Made by a program: the position numbers and the translations under genes. Below are positions 12,558-24,446 of a stretch of DNA of 64,000 nucleotides, piece after piece (positions within the stretch are counted from its first letter, which is position 1; each line of letters starts with the position of its first letter). Below the pieces are notes generated by a model that worked only from the letters and a program-made list of their open reading frames with translations, was not told the DNA's origin and did not search any database. The stretch comes from Camelus dromedarius (Eukaryota), in the NCBI RefSeq assembly GCF_036321535.1, contig NC_087447.1:13268001-13332000 (forward strand), in the 5' to 3' direction.

Positions 12558-13490
12558 ATGCAGCAAAACAGCACTGCAACTGAGTTCATACTGTTAGGAT
12601 TGACACAGGATCCTGAGAGGCAGAAAATGGTATTTGTAATCGTCTTTATTTTCTATGTGGGAACCTTGGTGGGGAATTTGCTTATTATTGTGACCATTAA
12701 GTCCAGCTGGACACTTGGGAGCCCCATGTACTTCTTCCTATTTTTTTTGTCCTTGGCTGATACCTGCTTTTCAACTTCCACAGCCCCCAGACTAATTGTG
12801 GATGCCCTGTCTGCCAAAAAAATCATATCTTACAGTGAGTGCATGACCCAAGTCTTTGCACTGCATTTCTTTGGCTGCATGGAGGTCTTTGTTCTCATCC
12901 TCATGGCCGTTGACCGTTATGTGGCCATCTGCAAACCCTTGCGTTACCCAACTATTATGAGCCGCCAGGTCTGCATTATCCTGATCACTCTTGCATGGAT
13001 AGGGTCTTTTATGCATTCCATGGCTCAGATTATCCCGGCCTTGAGACTGCCCTTCTGTGGACCCAATCTGATTGATCGCTATTGCTGTGACTTGCAGCCT
13101 TTGTTGAAACTTGCCTGCATGGACACCTACGCGATCAATCTGCTGTGGGTGACTAACAGTGGGGCCATTTGCTCCAGCGGTTTTGTAATTCTGATGACCT
13201 CATACATTCTTATTCTGCATTCCCTGCAAAACCACAGTGCAGAAGCGAGGAAGAAAGCTCTCTCCACTTGCACTTCCCACGTCATCGTAGTTGTCTTAAC
13301 TTTTGGTCCATGCGTATTTATATACACACGCCCCCCAACCACTTTCCCCATGGACAAGATGGTGGCAGTATTTTATACTATCGGAACACCCTTTCTCAAT
13401 CCAATCATCTACACACTGAGGAATGCAGAAGTGAAAAATGCCATGAGAAAGTTATGGCATGTCAAAATTACATCAGAAAACAAAAGATGA
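12558..13490 (+). CDS. OR4C11: Olfactory receptor 4C11 ortholog-like, 310 aa
   Basis: [70 protein letters not shown] and RPPTTFPMDKMVAVFYTIGTPFLNP closely match OR4C11 as I recall it. Acceptor ttctccttggcag ends at 12517. Confidence 0.92.
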   Translation: MQQNSTATEFILLGLTQDPERQKMVFVIVFIFYVGTLVGNLLIIVTIKSSWTLGSPMYFFLFFLSLADTCFSTSTAPRLIVDALSAKKIISYSECMTQVFALHFFGCMEVFVLILMAVDRYVAICKPLRYPTIMSRQVCIILITLAWIGSFMHSMAQIIPALRLPFCGPNLIDRYCCDLQPLLKLACMDTYAINLLWVTNSGAICSSGFVILMTSYILILHSLQNHSAEARKKALSTCTSHVIVVVLTFGPCVFIYTRPPTTFPMDKMVAVFYTIGTPFLNPIIYTLRNAEVKNAMRKLWHVKITSENKR

Positions 13491-14924
13491 ATGAGGGCTT
13501 TGTTTGATTAGTTATTGAGTCATAGTTTGGCTGAATCTGTAAAGATAACAAACATAATAGTGTATCTCATCACTCCTCCATACAATCTATTACACTGCAC
13601 CAGATTTTCTTCTTTTTGTACCTCTGCCCTCAGATTAGTAGCTTCCCTCACATTTTCACCCTGACTCTTGCATTACCTGAGAGTTCTGGCATGACTGTAA
13701 AATACAACTCATAACACGGTCTACACTATGTTTGATAAGAAAAAATACATTTATATAATCACAACCTTGAAAACACATGATCATCCACAAAGAAAATGTA
13801 GCTAGTACTCTATAATTTGCAATCCCCACTATCATACATTTCAAGTTAGGTATCTTGTTTTCTCTTGAATGTTTCCAGAGCAAGAAAATTAACTTTATGT
13901 ATCAATCAATTTCATTGACATCATTTTATTTTTGAAATATTTAATATTATTGAATCAAACGCTATTTTATATATGACATTTTAAAATAATTTTCTTATTG
14001 TTTCCTTTGGTTACTAAGATAACTGAGACATTTTATATATACATATAAATATAGTGTTACAAACACCTTGAGATCTTTATAAATTGTGTGACTGATGTGA
14101 CACAAATTATAGAACGTTAGCCACACTTTATTTGTGATCATACATCTGAAAATAAGCTGTAATAATAGAAGTTTATAACTCAATGAGGCTAAAAAGTAAA
14201 ATAATTTATGTCATCAAGACTAAAAAACTTTAAAATATAGGAATGATACAATGTATTTTCTGAGACTGAAGTACAGAAAGGTAGAACATGGTATGAAGAA
14301 AAAAATGTATTACATTATTTTATTTAAAGTTGGATTATAGCAGTTAAATGTAAGAAAGTACACCAGGCATTCTGGAAATACTCACTGTGCTTGTCCCTAG
14401 TTAGTGGACTTAGAAAAGACCCATTTCTGCAGCAAGAAGCTGCTTTCTTTCTCTATTTGTGCTTTCCTCATAAAGACGTAGTATAGATTTGTAAGTTAGA
14501 ATTGCCATTAGAATTGGTGCCCAGAGTGGGCAGATCAGATTAACACCTGCACCTTGGATTTGCATGTCAGGGGTTATATCATGAAATTTTAATGCTGAAC
14601 TATTTCAGTATATTAAGGTTTACCACATTCTTTGTAACAATTACCAGATCCCATTTCATTTTCAGTACTGTATCTCATTATTTAATTGGAAAATTTTACC
14701 AATATCAGCATTATCCTCCTGAAAAAAATTATTTTAAAATAAACCTATTAAAATAACAGTGTTCTCCTTTCATTTTGCTTTCTCTATTATTTCAAAAATC
14801 AGTGTCTGCATTGGTGTCCCAAAGTTGTCACGTCATTCATGAAGAGTGTCAAATAACACAGAATGGAACTGTCACGTTCCACCATAAACTTACCTAACGG
14901 ACTCCACAAAAACACCAGCACACA

Positions 14925-14970
14925 TAAACATAAACACACACACACACACACACACACACATATGCACACA
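14925..14970 (+). repeat. (CA)n microsatellite
   Basis: cataaacacacacacacacacacacacacatatgcacaca. Confidence 0.9.
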
Positions 14971-15619
14971 CAATATATGTGTTCATGGTGATTTCTATTT
15001 CAGATGAATAATTAAAGGTAAGAGGTAGAGGAGAAAAGAAATATCCTAAAATGTAAATGGAAGAAAAATCAAGGCTGTAAGTAGAAGCAGTTACATAGGA
15101 GAAAAATTGGAAGGGTTCATGTGGTTAAAAAGTATTTTCAGTCAAATTAAAACTGGGAAAACAGAGTAAAATTTTTAAATTTCTGGAATAAAATATTCAT
15201 TCAATGTAAAATACTGAAGTGACCATTTACCCTCAAAAGTGATTCATCTAAAGGAGAAACTATGAATCTTGTTATCCTTTCATTTTCAGGAACAAATAGT
15301 GTCTGTGTCCAAGGCTTTTTTGTTGTTACCTTTATGTCTCAAAATTAGTACAAAGTTACATATTTCTATTAAAATATACAGATGTGAAATATAAAGGTCA
15401 AAAATTAACAAATTCTTTGAGGTTGTTTTGCCAAGAAGTACCAGAAGCAAAGTTTTAATCTAGTTCTGTATGTTTCCCAAGACAGTAAAAAACCTCTATT
15501 CTACATTATTAGTATTTCAAACATCTTTGCAAATGGCCAAACACACAGATGATATTAAGAAGCTGATGCAGTGAACATAAACTGCACTTATTTTAGTTTC
15601 AAGGTAGGTGGTAGGACAT

Positions 15620-15680
15620 CATAAACAGGAGTGTGAACTCTGGAGTCAGGCTGCATGAATCCAAATATTGGCTTTATCAC
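15620..15680 (+). mobile_element. MIR fragment, ending at the L1 insertion
   Basis: gagtgtgaactctggagtcaggctgcatgaatccaaatattggctttatcac resembles the MIR 5' core. Confidence 0.55.
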
Positions 15681-16586
15681 TTTTTTAACAGCTTTATTGA
15701 GGTATTTTTGACATACAAAAATTGGATATATTTAATGTGTACAGCTTGATGTTTTGATATATGTGCAATGTGAAAAGATCACCACAATTAAACTAATGGG
15801 CATATCCATCAATCCATCCTCTCTACATAGTTACCATTGTGTGTGTGTGTGTGTGCACACACGTGTGGGTGATGTCAAGATTTAATTTAAGATCTACTTT
15901 GCAATTTCAAGGATACAATATGGTATTGTTAACTATAGTCATCATGCTATATATTAGACCTCTTGAATTTCTTCTCTATGTAACAGAAACCTGTACCCTT
16001 TGACCAACATCTCCATTTCCCACAACCCCAGGCTCCTGATAACCACCATTCAACTCTGCTTCTGTGAACTGGACTATATTATTTGCACATGTAAGTGAGT
16101 TCATGCAGTATTTCTCTTCTGTGTCTCACATATTTAACTTAGCATTATGCCCTCCAGCTCCATCCATGTTGTTACAAATGGCAGGGTTTTCCACTTTTTT
16201 AGGTCTGAATAATACTCAATTGTGTGTATGTGTGTGTGTGTACACCACATTTTTAATATCCATCATCAGTCATGGATAGTGAGCTTGTACCCATGCCTTG
16301 GCTATTGTTAATAATGTTGCAGTGGAGAGAGGAGTGCAGATATCCCTTAATGATCATGATTTCAAATCCTGAGGACATATATGCAGCAACAGGAATGATG
16401 AATGGCAATGCTATTTTCAGTTTTTGAGACACCTCCATACTCTTTTCCACAATGACTACTAGTTTACATTCTCACCAGTAGTGCAGGTGGTTCCCTCTGC
16501 TTTACATCCTTACCATTCTTACCAAGACTTGTTACCTTGAGTCTTTTTAATAATAGTCATCCTGACAGGTGTGAGATGCTATTTCA
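15681..16586 (-). mobile_element. L1MA-type 3' end, antisense
   Basis: Poly-T, then aacagctttattgaggtat...; gtaagtgagttcatgcagtat...; ctgacaggtgtgagatg. Confidence 0.85.
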
Positions 16587-17435
16587 TTTTTTTCCAGCTT
16601 TACTGAGGTATAACTGACATATAACATTGTGAAAATTTAAGGTGTACCACCTGTTGATTTGGTGCACATATATTTTGCAAAACAACTACCAGCATAGGGT
16701 TAGCTAACACCTCCATCATGTCACATAATTACCTTTTTTTTTATGGTGAAAGCATTAAGATCTGCTCTCTAAGCAACTTTCAAATATACAATACAGTAAT
16801 ATTACCTGTTTTTCAAGTATATTATTACACTATAATCACCATGCTATAATTAGATCATAGAGCTTGTTTGTCTTAAACCTCAAAGTTTGTACCCTTCATC
16901 AGAAGCTCCCCCATTTCCCTCACCTCCCAGCCAGTGGGAATCACCATTTCACTCTCTGTTTCTGTGAGTTCAGTTATTTTCAATTCCATATATAAGTGAC
17001 ATCATGCACTGTGCACTTTCCTCCTTCTGACTTATTCCACTTGACCATAATGACCTCAAGTTTCATCCATGTTGTCACAAATGGCTGTATTTCATTCCTT
17101 CTTATGGTTGAATAACATTTCATTATACAAACATATGAAAATGCCATATTTTCTTTACATATTCATCCTTTGACATGACTAGGTTGTTTCCATATCTTGG
17201 TCATTTTCTGCGCCAATTTACACCCCTATCAATAAAGCACATGGGTTCCCTTTTCTACACATTCTCACCAATACTTCTTATCTCTCGTCTTTTTAGTGAT
17301 AGCCACTCTAACAGGTATAAGGTGGTATCTAATTATGGTTGTGATTTGCATTTCCCTGAGGATTAGTGATGTTGAGCACTTTTTTATATACCTATTGGCC
17401 ATACGTATGTCTTCTTTGGAGAAATGTCTATTTCA
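16587..17435 (-). mobile_element. Second L1MA-type 3' end, antisense, in tandem with the previous one
   Basis: A new poly-T/ccagctttactgaggtataactgac start at 16587, continuing to ttggagaaatgtctatttc. Confidence 0.85.
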
Positions 17436-18039
17436 TTTCTTTGCTGTTCAAGGAAATAATGGCTGAAAACTCCTCAAATAAAGAAATAGACATCCAGATG
17501 CAAGAAAACCAGAGAATTTCTACACTGTGACATACTATAATCAAACAGTCAGTCAAAATAAATTAACAAAAATAAAAAGAAATTGAAATCAGTAAGAAAA
17601 AAGATTTTTCATATAAAAGGGAGCTATGATAAAGCTATGAATTTATTGCTCAGCATAAATTTGCAGGCCAAAACAGCATACACAGATGATTCCCAACTTG
17701 AAATTGTTTTTGGACACACTCTTAAGACTCTGACCAGTATTAATGCAGGACATTTTCTTTTTTCTGAAATATCCGTCACAAAACAAACAAAAATTAAGAT
17801 AGGGCAATTAATGTAATTTATGTATTGAAACTTTATTTTAGGAATGCTTTCTTTGAAATACTAAATATTTTAACATTATCTTTCAAAATTTGAAAGGATT
17901 TTCATTTGACATTATCATGTTAATGTTCCCTTCTTTTAATGTTTTCTATTATCAATTATCTATATCAAATGGAGATTATTTTATATGTATTTTAAATACG
18001 TGAACTTTTCAAAATAAAAATACTCTTAACTAATTAGAA

Positions 18040-19085
18040 ATAAATTACCTCAATATATTAAACACCATCTATAAAAACACACCGTTAATATCATCTTCAA
18101 TAGTGAAAAATGGAAAGCTTTTCCTCTAAGATCTGAAACAAGGCAAAAATGCTTGTTCTACCTACTTATTTCAACATGGAATTGGAAACCCATGCCAGAG
18201 CAATTAGACTATAAAAAGAAATAAGAGGCATCCAAATCAGAAAGGAAGATGTAAAATTATTTGCTTGCAGATGACATAATCTTGTATGAAGAAAATCTGA
18301 AAACCATAAAAACCTGTAAAAACTAATATGTGAATATAGTAAAGCTGCAGATTGTTAAATTGACAAACAAAACTCAGTTGTGTTTCTATATACTAACAAC
18401 AAATTCTTTGAAAATAAAATTAAGAAAACATTGCCATTTAAAATAGCATCCAAAAGAATAAGTTGCAATAAACAACAAAGGAGGTAAAATATCACATAAA
18501 ACATTACTATAATCATTGATGAAAGACATTAAAGAAGACACAATAAATGAAAAGACACCCTGGATTGGAAGAATTAATATTGGGAAAAACTCCACTATTC
18601 AAGTGATCTCAGATTTAATGAAATCCCTAAAATACAAGTGGTATTTTTTTATTTCAAAAATTTCTAAAATTCATAGGGATCCACAAAAGTTCTTAAAAAA
18701 TGAAAGCAGTCTTTAGAAATAAAAATGAGTTGGAGGCATCACACTCCCTGCTTTCAAAAAATAATCAAAGGCTATAGTGAACAAAATAATATGATATGAG
18801 CATAAAAACAAGCCAATAGTACAGAGTGGAAAGACCAAACACCATGTACACACTGTAAACAGGTCTTTGATAAGGATGTTAAGAATACCCAACATAGAAA
18901 GGAGACTCTTCAACAAATATTTTGGGAAACTGTACATCCAAATCAAAGAATAAAATTGGACTCTCATCTGAACTTCATACACAAAATCAACTCAGAATGG
19001 ATTAAAGATTTAAGCCTAAGACCTTGAACCATAAAACTTCTTGAACAAAACATAGGCGAAAGCTTCATAGTGTTTTTAGCCGTCT
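18040..19085 (+). mobile_element. LINE-1 ORF2 fragment (RT region and downstream)
   Basis: agcttttcctctaagatctgaaacaaggcaa; ttgcagatgacataatcttgtatgaagaaaatc (ADD motif region); ggattggaagaattaatatt; aacataggcgaaagcttcatag. Confidence 0.85.
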
Positions 19086-19546
19086 TTACAAAGCAACTGC
19101 AAATCTGTTTAGATATTGTGCAGCAAAACAGCAGCTGTCTTCCAGAGACTGAACGCATCCTCTTTATTGATACTACAGTCAGTACTACATCATGAGAATT
19201 ATGTACTTGGTTATGGGGACAATCTGTCATTTTCCATGTTCCATGTGATGATGTCTCCTGGTGTTGTTGATCCTAAATAGTTGATCTAAGTACTTAGAAC
19301 CTAAGTTGGTCTAGGTCACATCAAAGAAACATATTCCCAGAGGACTTACCTGTGTTACAAGACCTGAGCTTTATCTGCTGCCCTTCCAAATGAATGGTCT
19401 TAAATGTAGTTGAAAAATAATTCATTGCACTTATTTCATTTACCATTGCGTAAGTAATTTTGGAAAAGGTAATCCCAAAGCATTATTCAATTTCTGTTTT
19501 CAATTTAATTTAATTTGCTTTATTCATTTATTCACTTACTAAACAA

Positions 19547-19677
19547 NNNNNNNNNNNNNNNNNNNNNNNNNNNNNNNNNNNNNNNNNNNNNNNNNNNNNN
19601 NNNNNNNNNNNNNNNNNNNNNNNNNNNNNNNNNNNNNNNNNNNNNNNNNNNNNNNNNNNNNNNNNNNNNNNNNNNNN
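19547..19677. other. Assembly gap (131 N)
   Basis: Run of N; true length unknown. The right side opens inside an L1. Confidence 1.
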
Positions 19678-20095
19678 ATAGGTGGACCTGGAGATCATCA
19701 TTCTAAATGAAGCAAGCCAGAAAGAGAAAGAAAAATACCATATATCACTTATATATGGTATCTAAGAAAAAGACACAAATGAACTTATTAACAAAACAGA
19801 AACAGACTCACAGACATAGAAAACAAACTTATGGTTACCAGTGGGGCAAGGGGGTGGGAAGGGATAAATTGGGTGTTTGAGATTTGCAGATACTAAGTAC
19901 TGTATATAAAATAGATACACAGCATGTTCATACTGTATAGCACAGGGGACTATATTCAACATCTTATAGTAACCTATAATGAGAAAGAATATGAAAAGGA
20001 ATATATTTATGTAAATCTATGACTGAACTATTACGCTGTACACCAGAAATTGACACAACACTGTAAACTGACTATACTTCAATTAAAAAAAAAAG
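19678..20095 (+). mobile_element. Young lineage-type (camelid-like) L1 3' UTR with poly-A; 5' part lies in the gap
   Basis: gacctggagatcatcattctaaatgaagcaagccagaaagagaaag...tgtacaccagaaattgacacaacactgtaaactgactatacttcaattaaaaaaaaaa. Confidence 0.88.
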
Positions 20096-22269
20096 AAATT
20101 GCACACCCTGAGTGACACAGTATATACCACTAACTAACTGGCTCAAACATGTAAGACAATATGAATAAATGACAATTAAAATGTCTAACCCTAATTTTAG
20201 TCATTATTGTGTTGTCCCCTTTCTCAATGGGGACTTTCACGATGAGTGTGGTTGACCAACTGACCAAACTGGCTGCTTTTAGCACACTCCTTTTAACCCA
20301 CTTTCTCCCTTTTTTCCCCAGTACTTGTTCTCCACAGCCCTGATCCCACTCACAGGAGATGACCCGTTTCTCTGAAAAGATCAGGGTCACCTGATGCAGA
20401 CTCCCACACTCCATAATATCCCTGTATTGTCAATCTTTCACATCTTTCTGAGCAATAACTTATTATTATTATCAGAATAACTAATAATTTCCTTAGCCAT
20501 GCTGAGACCTCTTCCTGGGCCAGTGGCCCAGCTTCTCTCACCTCATCCCTGTCTTCATCCTCCTTAGTCTCTTACATCTCTTTCTCCCTTTCCACCAAAT
20601 CCTTCCCTCTGCCCGCAGACATATGCACGTATCCTAATCCTTTGCTAAAAGCACCTTTCTTGGCACTGATGCCTCTTCAAGCTAACTTCATATCTCTTGG
20701 CCTTCCTAAAGAAAAGATAAGGAAAAAAGAAGGGAAGGGAAGGAAAAAAGAAGGTGAAGGGGAAGGGAAGGGAAGAAAGAAATTGCATACTATAAATGGT
20801 TTTGACTAAAAACTTTGCATGATAAAGATATGATGGAGAACATAATTGTCATGGTCTCTGCCCTCAGTGGCTCTTAGTTTACAGGATTTAAGAGTCTGAA
20901 GAATGAAAATAAAATGCCTGGTTTCTAGCTCTTATGCAAAAATTTCCTACTTTAAATTCTTCTACTCTTTGGTCACATCAATCAGGATTTACAGGTGTCT
21001 GAGATTTAGCCACTGGTGCTAATGCGGTCTTCTTACGCAGAACACTCACTCACCTCCTTTGGGTGCCATATCACCAATTTTCATGATTTTACTTATGACT
21101 TTTGAACAAGCTTCTTGGGGCCACTCTGGGATTCTTTATGTTTGTATAATCCTACATATTGTAGTTGGTTCAATTCTCCATTCTCTGTTTTCTCGAGTGA
21201 TTCCCTCCCCAACCTCCAAATAATTTAAACTATCATTTACAAATCTAATTCTAGAGCATAAATTTCAAACTTTTAAAAGAATCTAGTTATCTATTGAACA
21301 TTTTCAGTCACATTTCCTATGGCTTCCTGAATTTTAACCTGTCCTCATTATCTTCTAATTAATTCTGAGGTCCTCAACCAGAGGTATCTTTACTCAGGCA
21401 TCAGAAATATCATTTTTTAGCATCAATTCTTAGTACTCCCTGGCTTTCAATTTAGAAAAGTACAAAGTAAAGTAGGAAGAGAATAAATCATGAAATGAAA
21501 CAGTCATTAATACAACTCTCAGTCTTAAATTTCCAAAATATGTAATCTGGCAGGCTTTTTTAATTCTGTGAGTTTCACTTTTCTCTCATATGAAATGTCA
21601 TTGTTAATTCCTATCTGGTGGAATATTTATGTGAAATAAAATATATAACTTTTATAAGGTAGCAAACATGCAGCCTATTGTAAAAATGTATTCAATAGGT
21701 ATATGATAAAACTATTTCAGTAAAATACATTCCTTAGGAAGTGTATATTCACTAACGTAAGTTAGGTAAACAATTAGATTCCAGTTTGAAAAAAAATATG
21801 AGATATCAATTCAGTTTGCAAAAATAGCTAGATATTTATGTTAATCAACAAACCATTCTCGATTAGTCTGTAGTTCTGTGGTTGGGGACGTGTGTAACCC
21901 ACAACATAGAAACCAGTTTCAGGCACCACATTATACTCCCTGAATTGTACTTGCAGATAAATTACAAGAGCTATAGAAGTCTGTCTCCTAGCGCATGGAA
22001 GGGCACTTTAGAGCCCTGGGTAGGAGTGATCTACTTCCTCTTTTACCAATGACATTATTTTTTTCTTCTTCCTATTCTCCACTATCTGCCATCATCCATT
22101 TGTATTTCTTCCTCTATGTCTCTGGTACCTTTGGTCACAAGTTACAAGTCTAAATCCATTTTTCTATCTGATTACTGAGTATCAAGAGGATTAAGTTGCT
22201 ATATTTATACATTGAATAGCCAAATGAAAAGCTGACTTTATTATATTTGAATAATTTTGGCTAGCAAAG

Positions 22270-22452
22270 GAAAAAACTTTAGAGAATAATATTCTCTAGG
22301 ATGCTAATAACTTACATCATCATGTCTTAAAATATTCCCCCTGGAATTCAGAGGAGAACATGTTTTTTTCAGTGCTCTGTGAGAGGGTTGCAATAAAAAA
22401 AAAAAAACAGATGGGCAGACTTGACACTAATTCAGCCTTCTAATAAGTAAGT
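22270..22452 (+). promoter_or_regulatory. Candidate promoter/non-coding first exon of OR4C16-like copy A, ending in a GTAAGT donor (22447-22452)
   Basis: Block conserved with 60011-60190 (minus) of the paralog. O/E-like TTCTCTAGGA and TTCCCCCTGGA. The donor position is conserved in both copies. Matching acceptor ttttttacag ends at 24403. Confidence 0.55.
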
Positions 22453-24446
22453 GACATATTACTTCAATCTCTAGCTCGGAGAGGTATCATTACAATACAA
22501 TCTGACATCATTTTCAATATAGTTCCATGCATCTTAAATCTATACTTTTCCTCTCAGTATGATAAAGGACCAGGGAAAAATTAACCATTTAACTTTTTTT
22601 TTCAAAATTTACCATTAATATAGGAAATTATTGGAATAAAACATAAGCATCAGGGGGGATGATCTGAACTCAACAAATATTTTATGAACACCAGGTACGT
22701 GAAAGACCATCACTATTGTGTGGGAATAGAAGGATTTAGTCCAACAGTTAAGCTTTAGTACATTTTCTTGAGATGGCAGAGTGTAGAAATGTTTACAAGT
22801 GCTTTTTACTTAAGGTAGCCTAGCAAAATAAGTTTTGATAAGAACTATTGGTACCAAAATATTAGGAGAGATTATTCCTAGTTCAAAAATTAGAGAAAAG
22901 ATTAATAGATCTAGAGACTTTCACACAGCTTCTACAAAATGCCAGTTTTTCCAGCTCCAAGTTAAAACTTTGAACAGAGTATTGTATGTCACAGTATAGA
23001 CTGTTGCACTTTGTATTCTTCCCAGTGTAATTATAAGAATGTAATTTGCAGTTGGCACACTTCAGAGATTTAATTTGATGGATAAATGACTACGTCTCAG
23101 AGAAAGTTCAGAGGAAACACGACAGTGAAGAGGCTTACAGCTATAATCAAGGTGAAAAATAACTTGCTTCATACGTGGAAGAGGAGTTCTGGAAAATATT
23201 TTGAGTAAGATTCTTCTTTTCATCAATATTTGTCCCTGTCTGATGTCTCTCCATATATGATCTTATCTACCCTTCATACAGCTCCTTCTGTCTATCTAAT
23301 AAGATTCTGAATGAGGAATAAGTAGACATTAATTTAATAATAGAGGGCAATCAGATATGGGAAGCATAAGTAGTGAGTCTTAAATTTTATGGTGACATTT
23401 TGATTCTCAGATCAAGCTGTTTTCTTGGGCATCTCTGGAACAGATAATCAGGAATCATGGGGTTTAGTTACATACAGCGAGGAGCTCAAGGAGGGTAGAT
23501 TATATATTTAACTCTGACTTTTAATGGAGAAAGTATCTTGGGACAACTTGTTAACTTTTCCATAAAGAATGGTACATTCTGCAGAAAAATAAAGTGAGTG
23601 TAGAGTCTCTCCCAAAGACCCACATTTAGTGTGACTGACCTGGGCAGGGGTGCATAGTCAGAGAGAGAATCCTTAAAGAAAGCAGTGCTTCTCCCTGCGG
23701 TCTGGTCTGCAGGGCAGTATGGACTTTCAGCATAGAAGGGCCCACCTGACACTCTATGTTCCTCCCTCAACCATGTTCCCTCTCTGTCTGCCTGCTTTTC
23801 TATCAGCTCTTCTCTGTTCCTCCAACACCAAAAGTAGTCTGTTAGTTATGTTTGACAATCTTAGCCTTGTTGAAGTTGGCTAATCTTTTTTGAAGAGGTG
23901 AGGTTAAGACTGTAGTTATCAGAAGATGTGCCTTGCAGGACATTTGGTTCTGTCCAAAACATCCTTAAAGATACTCAGTCCACACCTAAAAAGTCCTTGA
24001 CATTTGAACCAAGGGCAGTCAAATGTGTCCTAAATGCAGAGTGATACACCATGCAAAACATAAGAAGCAGATCTTATTGAATATGAAAAAAATTAAATAA
24101 ATTACAAAACAGAGATATAACTTTAAACATGCATTTATAAAATTGACAAAATTATCATAATTATGCCCAAGCTAATAAGAGGTTTTATTTGAAGACTGCT
24201 GTTGATAAGTGTCACATTTATAAGTTTATTAAGACTCGTAATAACCTACAAAGTAGTCATTAGAAATTGAAGAGCAAAGTGGTAAAGAAAATTATTATGA
24301 AACCACAGCTAGAATGTCCCTGATAAAGTATAATTATTTTTTTCTAAAATATTCCATAGCATTACATATCACACCAAAAATTAATACCTTTATTTTTTTA
24401 CAGATAATCCGTTTCACACTCATCCCTCCTCCTCTTTCATGAAATC

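Noticed and set aside
14513-14532. tggtgcccagagtggg as a retroviral primer-binding site
   Set aside because: No LTR terminus or internal retroviral sequence is recognisable around it.
18964-19230. 88-aa minus-strand ORF crossing the conserved upstream block
   Set aside because: It runs from unique sequence into an L1 fragment. The similarity to 60830-61110 is explained by the inverted duplication, not by coding constraint.
20980-21010. gatttacaggtgtctgagatttag as the counterpart of 59710-59740
   Set aside because: A longer, collinear match exists at ~23040-23075, so this short hit is probably chance.
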